Assembly: GCA_051362555.1 (NCBI GenBank)
Contig: CM120647.1
Coordinates: 6,634,001 to 6,698,000, forward strand
Direction: 5' to 3'
DNA: 64,000 bases
Source: Lingula anatina
Taxonomy: Eukaryota; Animalia; Brachiopoda
Below the pieces are notes generated by a model. It was not told the DNA's origin. It saw only the letters and a list, made by a program, of their open reading frames with translations, and made no database searches. Below, piece by piece: positions 40,591-52,293 of the stretch. The translations under genes and the position numbers were made by a program. How positions within the stretch are numbered: position 1 is the stretch's first letter; every line of letters starts with the position of its first letter.

Positions 40591-41175
40591 TACGTAGGTC
40601 GCCCGTGGTTCATTCCGGACGTACATGTAGCTCTGTGCACAGACGGACGAAGAGGCAACACAGCCGGCTGGCAAAGTGAATTGTAAAAGACATATTGTTG
40701 AAGTTCAAAAGAAGATACTGTGAGTAAAACATTCCCTTCCTTACTTCAGGCCATTCATGAGTTCAAATTTTCCTTGAAGAAGAGCAGCACGGCCGCTCAA
40801 TTAATGGTTTTCGATTCAGCACGTAGAATTTACTGGCGAGGTGTAGATGGCCAGACTGCACAAAAATGTAACATGTTCACAATTGACATGCATGCCGTAA
40901 TTTCATGTTTTCTTTAAGTTATTTAGCAGTTATACATATTATCACGAGCCAGAATCATTTACGCTAAATGTAAACCACAAATGCAATAAATCAGTGGGGA
41001 TGTGCCTATACTCAAAATTTACATTTTGATTCAAGTTTCATTAAAATTGGTATTAAAGTTTGTAATTCATAAATGTTCATTGTTTAAAGTCTGAATCGCA
41101 AATTTTCACCCATCATAGTAACCTAAGTTTATTAAATAAGTTTTTTTTTTCACAATCAAAGGACACTGTTTACCA

Positions 41176-41430
41176 CAATGTTTACCAGATATTGGTCATG
41201 GTGTTTTCTGCTTACAATGGCTGTCTTCTGTACTGGAGATCAGGTGGGGAATGTTTACCAGATATTGGTCATACTGTTTTCTGCTTACAATGGCTGTGTT
41301 TTGTACTGGAGATCAGGTGGGCAATGCTTACCAGATATTGGTGTTTTCTGCTTACAATGGCTGCCTTCTGTACTGGAGATCAGGTGGGCAATGTTTACCA
41401 GATATTGGTCATGGTGTTTTCTACTTACAT
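41176..41430 (+). repeat. Tandem 73/73/67-bp repeat of the signal-peptide exon plus donor (3 full + 1 partial)
   Basis: ATGs at 41178, 41251, 41324 and 41391; CAG|GTGGG donors after 41243, 41316 and 41383. Confidence 0.92.
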
Positions 41431-44300
41431 ATATATGATTTTATGTATGTATGTATGTATGTATGTATGTATGTATGCCTGACCGGATGGCTCAAATGGT
41501 AGAGTGCTCACCTCCGGTGCAGTAGGTCGCGGGTACAATCTCCGGTTGGGTCATACCAAAGACCATTATAAAAATGGTACCTAATGTCTCCTTGCTTAGC
41601 AATCAGCATAGGTTGAAGTAGGGAACAATGCCAGTGTTGAATGACCGGTAACAGAGGGCCATATGGAAGATATATTATAGTTTACCCTTTATAAATAAAA
41701 TTCAAAATAAAATGAAATAAAAATAAATATGTAAGTATGTAAGTATGTATTTACGTACGCATGTACGCACAGACATATGTATGCACAGGCATATGCATAT
41801 GCAAACCTATGTGTGGTTGTCTGTACGTCTGTCTGTATGTCTGTACATACATCTGTACCGTGTATGTTTGTGTGCGTGTGTTTGTGTGTGTATAAATATG
41901 ATTTTGTACATGAAAGTACGCCAGTAGCCAAGTATCTTTTATTTGTAGTCATGTGGCTGTCAAGGCGAATATGACTGGAGCGCCTGCACCGCTTCTTGTG
42001 GTGGTGGCCTGCAGACTAGAAGATGTAGTGACACCAGCATCGTCACGCGGGTGTGCAACTCTCAAGCTTGTGGTAAGTTGTCTTCAAACTCTTGAATTAG
42101 CATGGTTGTAGCGGTCGAAGGGAGGTCAAAGGCAGCTGGTTACCACATTATTATCAGACACGCCAGTTCTTAGTACAGGGATCGGTTTGGGGAGGAGGGG
42201 TTATAGTCATTGGAAGAACATGTATCGAAGAACTGAAAAAAATTATGGTAGTCATTAACCAAAGTAACCAAAATGAAGCATGGTTAGATATGTGTAATAT
42301 GAGAGGTATTTCGTGACTTGAGGTTAAATTGCAAGTGGGTGATAACATATCTTCGAACACACACTTTAATCTACCCACAGAATACAGAAAAACATCCTTC
42401 TTTTTAAAAACATGACATCCCATGTTTAATGTACTTCGAACCATATACATATTCCTTCTTTTTGTCAGTTTGTTTATAACCAGTACTGCTTTCAATAATC
42501 TTTTTAGCCAGTTCCGATTATATTTTGTTCAGTGACAAATGGAATGTAGTCCATCTTGCCTATAGTTCTATACTCTATTTTATCACGAAAATGAAAACAG
42601 TGATACGCTGCCCCTCTTCCACAACGCTCTTGATATTCTCTTTTAAAGGGACATACTGAGCAAATTCTCATTTTGTTAATAAAAAAATATTTACATTGAA
42701 ACTGTGCATCTTTATTCCAGCAAGAGTACCGGAACCTCTTGGATTCTGGCCGTTACAAATCTCCACTGAGGGACGGGATTGTAGTGGTCATGGCAACAAC
42801 GCTGATGTCCACAGTGTATCATTTAATCGTGGTAAGAGCCAATAAAAGTTTTGAAAAAGTGTTCATTAAACGGGTTGATTTTTGCATGAAGAACTATCAT
42901 TAAATCGAGGTAAGAGACAGTGAAAGTTGTGAAAAAGTTTTCATCAATTGGGTTGACATTTGGCATGGCGAACTTCAAATTATGCAGTCAATTACTCGGT
43001 TACTTGGCTGTATGCCGTTGGACAAGGCGCTAACATCATTGTTTTCTTAATTCTTAATTATGCGTATCATGAAGTATTCGTAATACACGTTTTACTAACC
43101 CAGCAAATAATGCCCATAAAGCACAAGTCCATTTCAAACAAAAATGCATGTAGTTATCAGTATTATGCATTTGAAATTATGCCCGAAATCAAAGCAGCTC
43201 GCTTGTAAGTTATTAACTCCGTGTCTTGTAAGTTATTACCTATTTGTCTGTTTGTTTGTCTGTCTGTCTGTCTGTCATCAACATAACTCAAACAGTTATA
43301 GACCGATTTTGATGAAATTTTCGGGAACTGTCAGAAGTGGGCCAAGGAACATTAGTTTTTGGTGGTGATCCGGATCAATAATCAATCAGTAATAATAATA
43401 AAAATTGCTGCCTTGGCGGAGGTCTGCGCTCTCGGAGTGCTTTTACAATATTTATTTTTCAATTATAATGATAATTGAATATGCTGATATTATATTTGAA
43501 AATATTGCTTATTTTTGTCTGCTACTGTTTATTTACATATGCAAGCTACGTGCATGTAATGTCCCGCAGTTAAATTGCACTTCCTGTAAGGCCAGATGAC
43601 AAAAATGAACATCTTGTTGATATATAATTTTAGGATATTTGATTAATAGACTAGCTTATTAATTGACAAATGTATAAAATATTCGACTAAGCATTTTTAA
43701 CAAATGTTTCATTTTCTAGAAAGCTACGATGACGCCTATAGCTCTGCAAAATTTGCAGGAACAGCTTCTTCTTATCTTACAATTCCGAATGAAGATGGCA
43801 GTTTAGAGACTCGCTCGTTTACGTACGTCGCCTTTGTGAGAATCTTCGCTGGAGATGCCAAGAATGAGAGTCCCCTGTTTAATTTTCAAATTGACGAAAA
43901 TGGTGTCTTCAGTAAGTATGGCACCCACGTTTGGATTCTGGGTCATAATAGACTCTATGTTCTGTTGATGATTGCGCAGCCGTACAAGTCAACTAGTTCC
44001 TATTCACTTCCGGTATTCTCAGGCTCTACCTGGGTTCACGCTGCCGTTTCCTACGACTATACCACCGGGCTGTACCATATTTACAAGAACGGCGTTGAAT
44101 TGGGGGAGTCGTATGTGGGCCGACACATCCATGCTACAAGCGGTTCAGTTCGTATTGGAGCGCGCCACCTATCGTCTGGCGATGTCCGCTACTTCAAGGG
44201 AGCCATGAAGTGTGTACAGTGGTTTGGTGAAGCGCTCACCGCGAAGCAGATTCAAGAGACCATGCACGCTTGCGATAACCCTGTGCCCTGTCGTGGTTAG
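41178..44300 (+). CDS. Secreted TSP1-like + LamG/pentraxin-like protein, copy 4 (about 293 aa)
   Basis: Exons 41178-41243 (alternative repeats at 41251-41316 and 41324-41383), 41949-42072, 42721-42831 and 43720-44300. Introns are GT-AG and the ORF is intact. Confidence 0.88.
41481..41705 (+). mobile_element. tRNA-derived SINE
   Basis: tRNA-like head with A box TGGCTCAAATGG and degenerate B box GGTACAATCTCC. Central GTCATACCAAAGAC..AAAAATGGTACC..CTCCTTGCTTAGC resembles a conserved SINE core (Meta-type from memory, unverified). AT-rich tail. Confidence 0.7.
43232..43444 (+). mobile_element. Helentron/DINE-like non-autonomous element
   Basis: (TGTC/TGTT)n microsatellite, ATAACTCAAA..GATTTTGATGAAATT core, and a GC-rich 3' end CCTTGGCGGAGGTCTGCGCTCTCGGAGTGC followed by a T-run. 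Confidence 0.65.
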
Positions 44301-45510
44301 TCCATGGGACTGTTTTACAAATGGACTTTATCCTGATATATATCAAGGTTTTCTTCTACGCCGAAATCCTAATCTTAAACCCACGATAAAGAATATTCAA
44401 TAAATTTGAGAATTATTGCATTGTGGTGAAAAGTATTCAAAAAGATGAATTGGTAGACAAAGGGTGTTGCATTTAAAGTGTTACTTGTTCTGTTCCTTTT
44501 CCTTTTCTGTTTCTTTAAATTTAATTTTTTGGAAATATCTGTAGATCTAGCTAACTGATCATTTAATTAAATGAAATCTGAGCAGACGATCTGATGTATT
44601 GGATTTTGAATTAACATAGTGGTTTAATTTCATTCTTTGTTTGGCTTTAATATTCATAACAAGATACAGAAAGGGTCTTTCCTTCAGCTTCGTTCTTCAT
44701 ATACAGTATAAGATGCAGGATGAATATCGTGTATACTTTAATCCAAAACACGAACATTTTTACCGTGTTTCTTCATTTTCATCCATTATGGTATTGGACT
44801 TTAAAGAAAGTCTGCAAGTATGCTTTCCTTGCATTACGTTGGCAAAGATACAACGCTTTAACCGCAAAATATCAATGTATTAATAAAATTAATTAATCTT
44901 AATTTTCAGAATAAAAGTCGATCTTTGATTAGTTACGAAGATAAGGATCACACCACAATGTAAATTAGATGCAGCATATATATTTTAAAATGCTGCATGG
45001 TTTGCACATCTAAATTTTACTCCTCTTCAGACAGTTTTGGACGCGAAGAGTTAACAAGTTAAAAGAAATATATGATAAGTATAACGTAGGAATTAATATC
45101 GCTACCTCTACCTTTCCTGAAAAATAAGAGATACAAAATCAAATATGCGCATTGGGAATTCTCTATTAAAATATATTATACTGTAGCACATTGTTTTATG
45201 CAGCGATAAAATTGTGCAAATGAACCTAAAGACTGTACTACCATAATAAGATGGTTTTCATTCACATTATGGACCGAATAAATTTACATGGCTGGCAATA
45301 CATCAGGTTTATAGTGTTAAAACGTGAGAACGTAGCCGTTAAACTTCTCTCTTGCTACAACAGAAGGGGTATTCCAATAATATCTGTGCTTATATGGTAT
45401 AAATATGTATTTCTATTATCATGTACTGAAACTCCATACCTATAGAGGCCGTCAGTCTATGTAGATTGCTCCACTTCTGCGGGGACTATCTCTGAGTATA
45501 ATCACCTTAA

Positions 45511-45863
45511 AGGTATAATAGCTCTTCGTATGAGATCTATATTTCACAATTAAAACATTGTGAACAACTCAAAGGAATATGATTTATTCTGCTGTACCAC
45601 AAAAAACGGCAGTTATAGCTATTATTCTGATATCTGAGCTTGTCATCACATCACGTGACCTCCATTGATGGCTATACTCTGTTATAATCTCTTACTGTCT
45701 CTCGATCTTAAAAGATTATAACAAAAAAAAAATTGAAAAAAAAAACAGGGACTAACTTTAAATGTAAAAAGGAATTCATTAAACATTGGTAAGGATGAGA
45801 AAATTGTAGTTCACTCCAGGGATGTTCTTTTTTTTTTTGCCAAAACGAAGAGTTATTATTCCT
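45511..45863. mobile_element. Non-autonomous TTAA-targeting element (Kolobok-like termini)
   Basis: TTAA|AGGTATAATAGCTCTTCGT ... ACGAAGAGTTATTATTCCT|TTAA. Further copies at about 36898-37250 and 21236-21556 (partial). Confidence 0.8.
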
Positions 45864-46354
45864 TTAACTGAATGACTTGTTACCAACGTAATCATCATCC
45901 TTTACTTAATGTCAGGAGGTGGCGGTTTAATCTATGAAACGCATAGCACTCAGTCCGCCTCAGTCCCAGTTGGGTCGATCTTTGAAGACCAATGCTGAGA
46001 AGGCGCCTTAAACAGTTTACCTGCCATACAGTATAAAGAAACACTGCGGCATATGGTGTTGCGATGCATATAGCATATAAGTTTAATTCCCAATGCCACT
46101 ATATACATTTACTAACACTCGATAACCCGTAAAATTCTGAATTACAGTATGTTGACCCTGAGCAACGTGCGCCAGCTGTGCAATGTGCGCTATGACCTAC
46201 TTACAAGGCGCAGACTTGAGCTTAATCTATAGATAACACGACCTTAACACGTCCTTGACACGGCGTTTGAATACATAACGTAAGGGGGAGATATTCCATG
46301 CATAACCCAAGCTGTTGCTGAGTGTCGGAACACATTCCCATCAAGGAGGGTATA

Positions 46355-46663
46355 ATGGCGGAGAACGTACCGTCCCTTACTCTAAATAATGGCGTAAAAA
46401 TGCCCATCATTGGACTTGGAACTTTCCAAGGAACGTACGATTACAAGGTAGATTGGAGTTCGTACAATGTACCGCCGATATTTGAGTGTGGGGGTGGGGG
46501 TGGGGGTCACGTGGGAGTGGGGGGGGGAGTACGCTTTTGTAAGATCTCTGTGTGTTACGTGCATGGACAGTATATAGAAACAGTATAGATCAATTAAGAA
46601 ATTTAGTGAGTGCTTACGTGTGTGTGTGTGTGCACGTGCGTACATGTGCTAGAATGGGGTCAT

Positions 46664-46733
<70 letters not shown>

Positions 46734-48540
46734 ATAGACTCCTGTGGGATTTCCATATAGTGCTTAAGAGACGGCCTTTAGGATGTTCTACTGAAAATTT
46801 CATAAGGGTTGGGTTTGCTTTAATAGCAAATAACATACATGTAATCTGAAACACTCAGATTTGAATAGCCAATATAGATGAGGAGGTTCATTCCGTTTAC
46901 AGTATACACCTTATTCTTTCACCCTAGAGCCCTTTCGATACTGTAGTCGAAGTAACCAAGGCTGCAATAGACGATAGCTATAGGCACATAGACACAGCCT
47001 TTATCTATGATACAGAAAAACCTGTCGGGCATGCCATCAATGACAAGATTAAAGAGGGCGCTGTGACACGAGATGAAGTATTTATCACCTCCAAGGTAAG
47101 CGGAATTCGAAGCTCAAGCATTCTTTAGATTCACGGCCGTATTTTGTTATTATATTAACCAGCAATACCCAGGTACATGTAATAGGCATTCCGTCTGGTC
47201 TGACCTTATTGCCAGGGGCACTGTGAAGCTAGATTGTAAACTATTCAAACCTTTTTACGGGATAGCTTCGTATTGCCGATATGGGTTCAATATTAAATCA
47301 AAATCGAGCTGGAAATCTAGAACCTAGGGTATTCTGGTCCTGTAACCGTCTCTCTGTACCCCTATCAAAAAAAAAAAAAAATGTATATATATATATATAT
47401 ATATACTACCTCTAACTATAAACTACCCCTGTATTTACGAATATGTTGTAATATTTTTCCTCTATCCATTATTCCTCTATGCATTACCACCATCCTCCAT
47501 TCAAAACACCTACAGTACACCCACACTACACCCACTCATCTAACCACCATCCTCCATTCAAAGCACCTACAGTACACCCACACAACACCCACTCATCTAA
47601 CCACCATCCTCCATTCAAAGCACCTACAGTACACCCACACAACACCCACTCATCTAACCACCATCCTCCATTCACAACACCCACTCTACACCCACACTAC
47701 ACCCACCCATCTAACCACCATCCCCGATTAACAACACCCATTCTACACCCACACTACACCCACCCATCTAACCACCATCCTCCATTCACAACACCCACTC
47801 TACACCCACCCATCTAACCACCATCCCCGATTAACAACACCCACTCTACACCCACACTACACCCACCCATCTTACCACTATCCTCCATTCACAACACCCA
47901 CAGTACACCCTATCTGTTCATATTGTGTTTTACAATCAGCTGTGGAACAACGCTCACGCCCGCGAAGATGTCCAGGTTGCAGTAAAGAAGAGTCTCCAGG
48001 CGCTGGGGATGGAGTATATTGACCTCTTCCTTGTTCACTGGCCGGTGGCTTATAAGGTATGGACAAATTATATTTACAGGGAGACAGACAGACAGGTAGA
48101 CAAACTGGCTAACAAACACACTGACAGACAGACAGACAGACCGACTAACAGACAGAGAGACAGAGAGCATAGAAACAGATGGTCAGAAAGGCCGCTATAG
48201 AGAAAGAAAGAAAAAAAAAGAAAGGACAAATCGGCAGAAAGCTAGACAAGCACAGGAAAGAACAAGCAGTCAGACAAGCAATTATGTACACAGAAATATA
48301 GTAAGAAAATAGGATAAACAACAGACCGTATGGACAAAAGTTGTTGCCACAGCCTTACTTCCACACTTCCTATTTCGTAATTAATTTAGTAATTCAACGT
48401 TTTAAAAAAAATTCTAAATACATCGTTTTAACTTACGTTCAGAGCGGCGAGGAATGCCACCCCAAGGACGCAGATGGGAAAATAGCCGTTGCGGACGATG
48501 ACGAACATGATTACCTTGAGACATGGAAGGTTAGTACCCC

Positions 48541-48573
<33 letters not shown>

Positions 48574-51505
48574 ATATCTCCCGACTGAAATGTATTGATA
48601 TTTGCTCTCTCGCTCTCTCATTTGGATTCTTAGAATTTACAGAGAATAAGATTGCCTAAAAAGAAGAAATTGTATATAACTTGTTTTGTATTTTTTACTC
48701 CAGGATATGGAAGACATACTGGAAGCAGGGTTAGTCAAAGCTATCGGCGTCTCCAATTATAACATAGATCAAATGCGCCGACAGGTGGAGAATTGCAGGA
48801 TAAAGCCAGCTGTCTTAGAGGTGGGCATGTTTGTGACGATTTTAGAGTACGCATATGTATGCGCGTGGAAATACCGTTAAGTGTGTGTCTGCATGTGCGT
48901 TATTCTCTCCCACTATCCAATCAGACTATGTATGCACGCGCGCGTCTTACGTGACGATCTTGAATGCGTGTCCGTGTCCGTGTGCGCGTGGAAATACCGT
49001 TATTTGTTTGCCTGCATGTGCTTTATTCCCTCCCCTCGGTCTCAAACTATGCAATCGGGTGCTTCCTACGTAAGCATGTATCGGTAGATGTGTCAACATA
49101 TGCAGTATTCTCTCTGTCAGAAGCCACTTTCTCTCTCTCTCTCTCTCCTTCTCTCTCTCTCTTTCTCTCTCTCTCTCTCACTCTCTCAAAGTATCCGTGT
49201 GTGTATGCCCGCGTGTGTGCGTGCGGAAATAAACTTGCGGTTTGTCTAAGTTGATAGTTTGTCTAAAACACATTTTTGGTGTTTGGTATCATTTTGGCGT
49301 TCGGTTTTTTCTTAGATCGAAACACACCCATTCATGGCCAATGAGGAACTGGTGGATTTCTGTCAGACGCACGGGATAGCCGTGATCGGGTATAGTCCCC
49401 TGGGGAAGCCCGGACGCTCTTGGTAGGTGACACGAGTGGACTTTGTTCAAAGAAAGGACTCTGGGTGATAGAGATTTTTTTACAGAGTGGACAACTCAAT
49501 TTAATAGCTTTTATTCGCATTTCGAAATGAATTGGAAAACGCCCTATATCGCCCAGCAAAGCTGTGTTAGATTTAGTAGAATTAACATTCAGAATCGGCT
49601 CGTTGCATTGCACGTTCACATTATTAATCGGCGACTTCTCATTTAATTTTTGTCCCGGACCTTCATAACTGTACATTAATATCACAGACGCCAAGTCTCT
49701 CCGTTGTTAAGGCCATTCTCCAATTATTTACAGGTGTTATTCTATTGTTATTTTAATAGACTTCAGACAATAGATCTTTGTATTTTGAGCTCTGCCATAT
49801 CTGGATTTCAAGTCCTCCCGGAAAGTGTATTCTCGTAATTATACGTGAAATGTAGACCGACATGCATTGTTGAAGACACAATATGTTTTAACTCATACGT
49901 TTAATTTTTATGTTATTCAAGTTAGAACTTATTTATTCATTTTTAGGAAAACGGAAGGAGACCCGGATATTTTCACCAACGAAACCATAGCAACCATTGG
50001 GAAGAAGTACAACAAGTCTCCTGCACAGGTAAACAGACCCCGTTTAGTCTACACGACAATACCTCACTGGCGTGCCTGGAATTTACTATTTCGCATGCAT
50101 TGTACACCTTTAAAATTAATGAAGTTTTTTTTTTTTTTTTTAATTTTAACATATATAAGTACATAACAAAAACCTACGGTAACGTACACTGTATATTCCT
50201 TTTTGGGTTTAGAAGAAGAATCATTTTTTTTTTATTATTCATGGTTACAGGAGAGTGAAACTTTGATACAAACTTCATCATGAACAGTGTAGGACACTAA
50301 AATAATCAAACATAAGTTTTTAAGAGCATTTGACCTGATTTGCACCTCTATATTGGGTTTTGGGGGTTTAATTGTAATTCACATGTCTGCCTATAGGTGG
50401 CGCTTCGGTACCAAGTCCAGCGACAGGTTTGCCCTGTGCCCAAAACTAAGACCTTGTCACGGCTGAAAGAAAATATAGATGTACGTATTGTATAGAGGTT
50501 TGCTTTCTTTTACCCTTTTGTCCTTTTCTTTATTTGATTGAGAAGTCCTTGTGGATGAAGTCCTTGTAGATTAAGGCTGTATTCCAAGAGCTTTTAGATC
50601 GATCTATCCCGCGGGGAGTCTCACTAGAATACTGTCAGATAATCCGGCTTAAATGTCCGTCCCGCCTACTACAAGCTGTAAGGGGTAATTAAATTTTTTG
50701 TCCGCCCGGCTGACAGCTATTTAGCGTGAACCCCCAGGGAGTTAGGTCGATCTAAAGTAGATCGATCTAATCTCTGGAAATGGGGTCTAAGGCTTGCTTG
50801 GTGTCTTTGTGTAAATTCATTTTATATTTCCAGTTTGGCTCAAGTTATGTGAAAGCTAAAAACTAGATTAATAAAAATTGGGTCAACATAGGCTCAAGAT
50901 TAACTCAATTACCATATCTGTCTGTTAATCTGGTTACATTCAGCGAGCCCCCTCTTTTTTGACGTCTCCTTGCTTTAGATACTTTAACACCAATATTGCA
51001 AAGTCAACTTTAAAAAGGTTTTGTGTGGTTGAAGGCGTGTAATTTCGCACACAAACAACCAATTATCTATATAATTACTTTTTCATTTATTGTCGCAGAT
51101 ATTTGACTTCGAACTCTCTGGAGATGACATGAAAAAGCTTGAGAAACTTAACCAGAACTTCAGGGTATTGTGGCTGGAGAGGTCAGTTAACGGTTGATAA
51201 GTTTAATACAATACTTGAAAAACTAAATCATAACTTCAGGGTATTGTGTCTGGAGAGATCACTTAACGGTTTAATTTAACACAATAAACTTATTACTTGA
51301 CTGAAACATTATTATCTTTTAAAGTTAATTCGGTTTGTTCTTGAAAAAAAGACTTTTGGGCGATATTTATTGGTACCAATAGTGTTACGGGGTAATGTAA
51401 CCTATTTCGATCTAAATGTCTATCTAACAACAGGATGTGTATAATTGATACTGTTCTTTATTTTTCAGTCTAAAACACAGCAAAAATTATCCATTCCATT
51501 CGTAA
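46355..51505 (+). CDS. Aldo-keto reductase, AKR1A/1B-like (about 324 aa), 10 exons
   Basis: Exons 46355-46447, 46928-47095, 47940-48056, 48443-48529, 48704-48820, 49316-49422, 49947-50028, 50397-50480, 51099-51181 and 51469-51505 (975 nt, in frame). Motifs: LNNGVKMPIIGLGT, YRHIDTA..Y, FITSKLWN, YIDLFLVHWP, KAIGVSNY, YSPLG, KSPAQVALR, VPK....RLKEN, IFDFELS, NYPF. The catalytic Asp/Tyr/Lys/His tetrad is present. Confidence 0.96.
47484..47910. repeat. About 57-bp C/A-rich minisatellite (about 7.5 units) in AKR intron 2
   Basis: Unit approx ACCACCATCCTCCATTCAAAGCACCTACAGTACACCCACACAACACCCACTCATCTA. Confidence 0.9.
50575..50787. mobile_element. MITE in AKR intron 8 (TAA flanks); relatives at about 14180-14372 and 56030-56190
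   Basis: Imperfect TIRs containing AGATCGATCTA. Internal motifs GTCTCACTA, TTTAGCGTGAAC and GGTAATT are shared with the other two copies. Confidence 0.6.
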
Positions 51506-52293
51506 ATACAGGACTAGGAGGTGTATCATGCTGAATTAAGTCTCGCGAACGGTGGATCATCTCTCATATTCGTCAGACAAACGTCCAATATACCGGTGAT
51601 ATCTTGCAGTTTATTTTATTTATTTATTTATTTTTGTCTTGAAAAAGGCGCCAAACTCGAGATGAGTTTTATTCTTCACGTTTAAATGTGGCAATTCATC
51701 TACACAGAGCAGCAACGAACTGAAACCTCAATCAAATTTGCCTTAAAACCATATGCGTACAGAGTATGAACGAAATGGGGGGGGGAGGGAATAAATACAC
51801 AAGGAGCGCAACCAATACGGGCTTGCTTTCCCATTCTTAATGCGTGTTCGGGGATTATGAAGAACTTCTGATAGGTATAACGGGACTACATGAACATTTT
51901 GGGAGGAAAACTATGCAGCACAATGAAATCGCAGACACCCGCTGTACCACCATAGCCCCGGTTTCAAAAAATAAATAAATAAATAAATAATTAAAAATTA
52001 AAAATAAATAAAAAAAAACATAAGTCAGGGTTTCTATGGCTACTTACAAACATTACATGGTCACATGTGCATATTTTTCCATATCAGGAGTAGTGTAGCA
52101 GAACTCTCATGGAAATCCTAGTCAATTAAGCCAGGGAACTGACTTTGATTTTTTTTTAAATTTATTTTATTTATCATTTATTTTTTATTTTCTGTGTGAA
52201 ACTTTGGACTGTTTTTGGTGCTTTGATTAAAAAATAAAGGTTTTCTGGTCATCAGTTCAAGTTTTTTAAAGTGATCACTGGGGAACACACACA

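Noticed and set aside
41481-41555. Possible tRNA gene
   Set aside because: The T-loop/B box is degenerate and the sequence continues into a SINE body and tail.
47381-47817. His/Pro/Thr-rich repeat ORFs that look like a metal-binding or mucin protein
   Set aside because: Translation of the intronic 57-bp minisatellite; AKR exons 2 and 3 join in frame without it.
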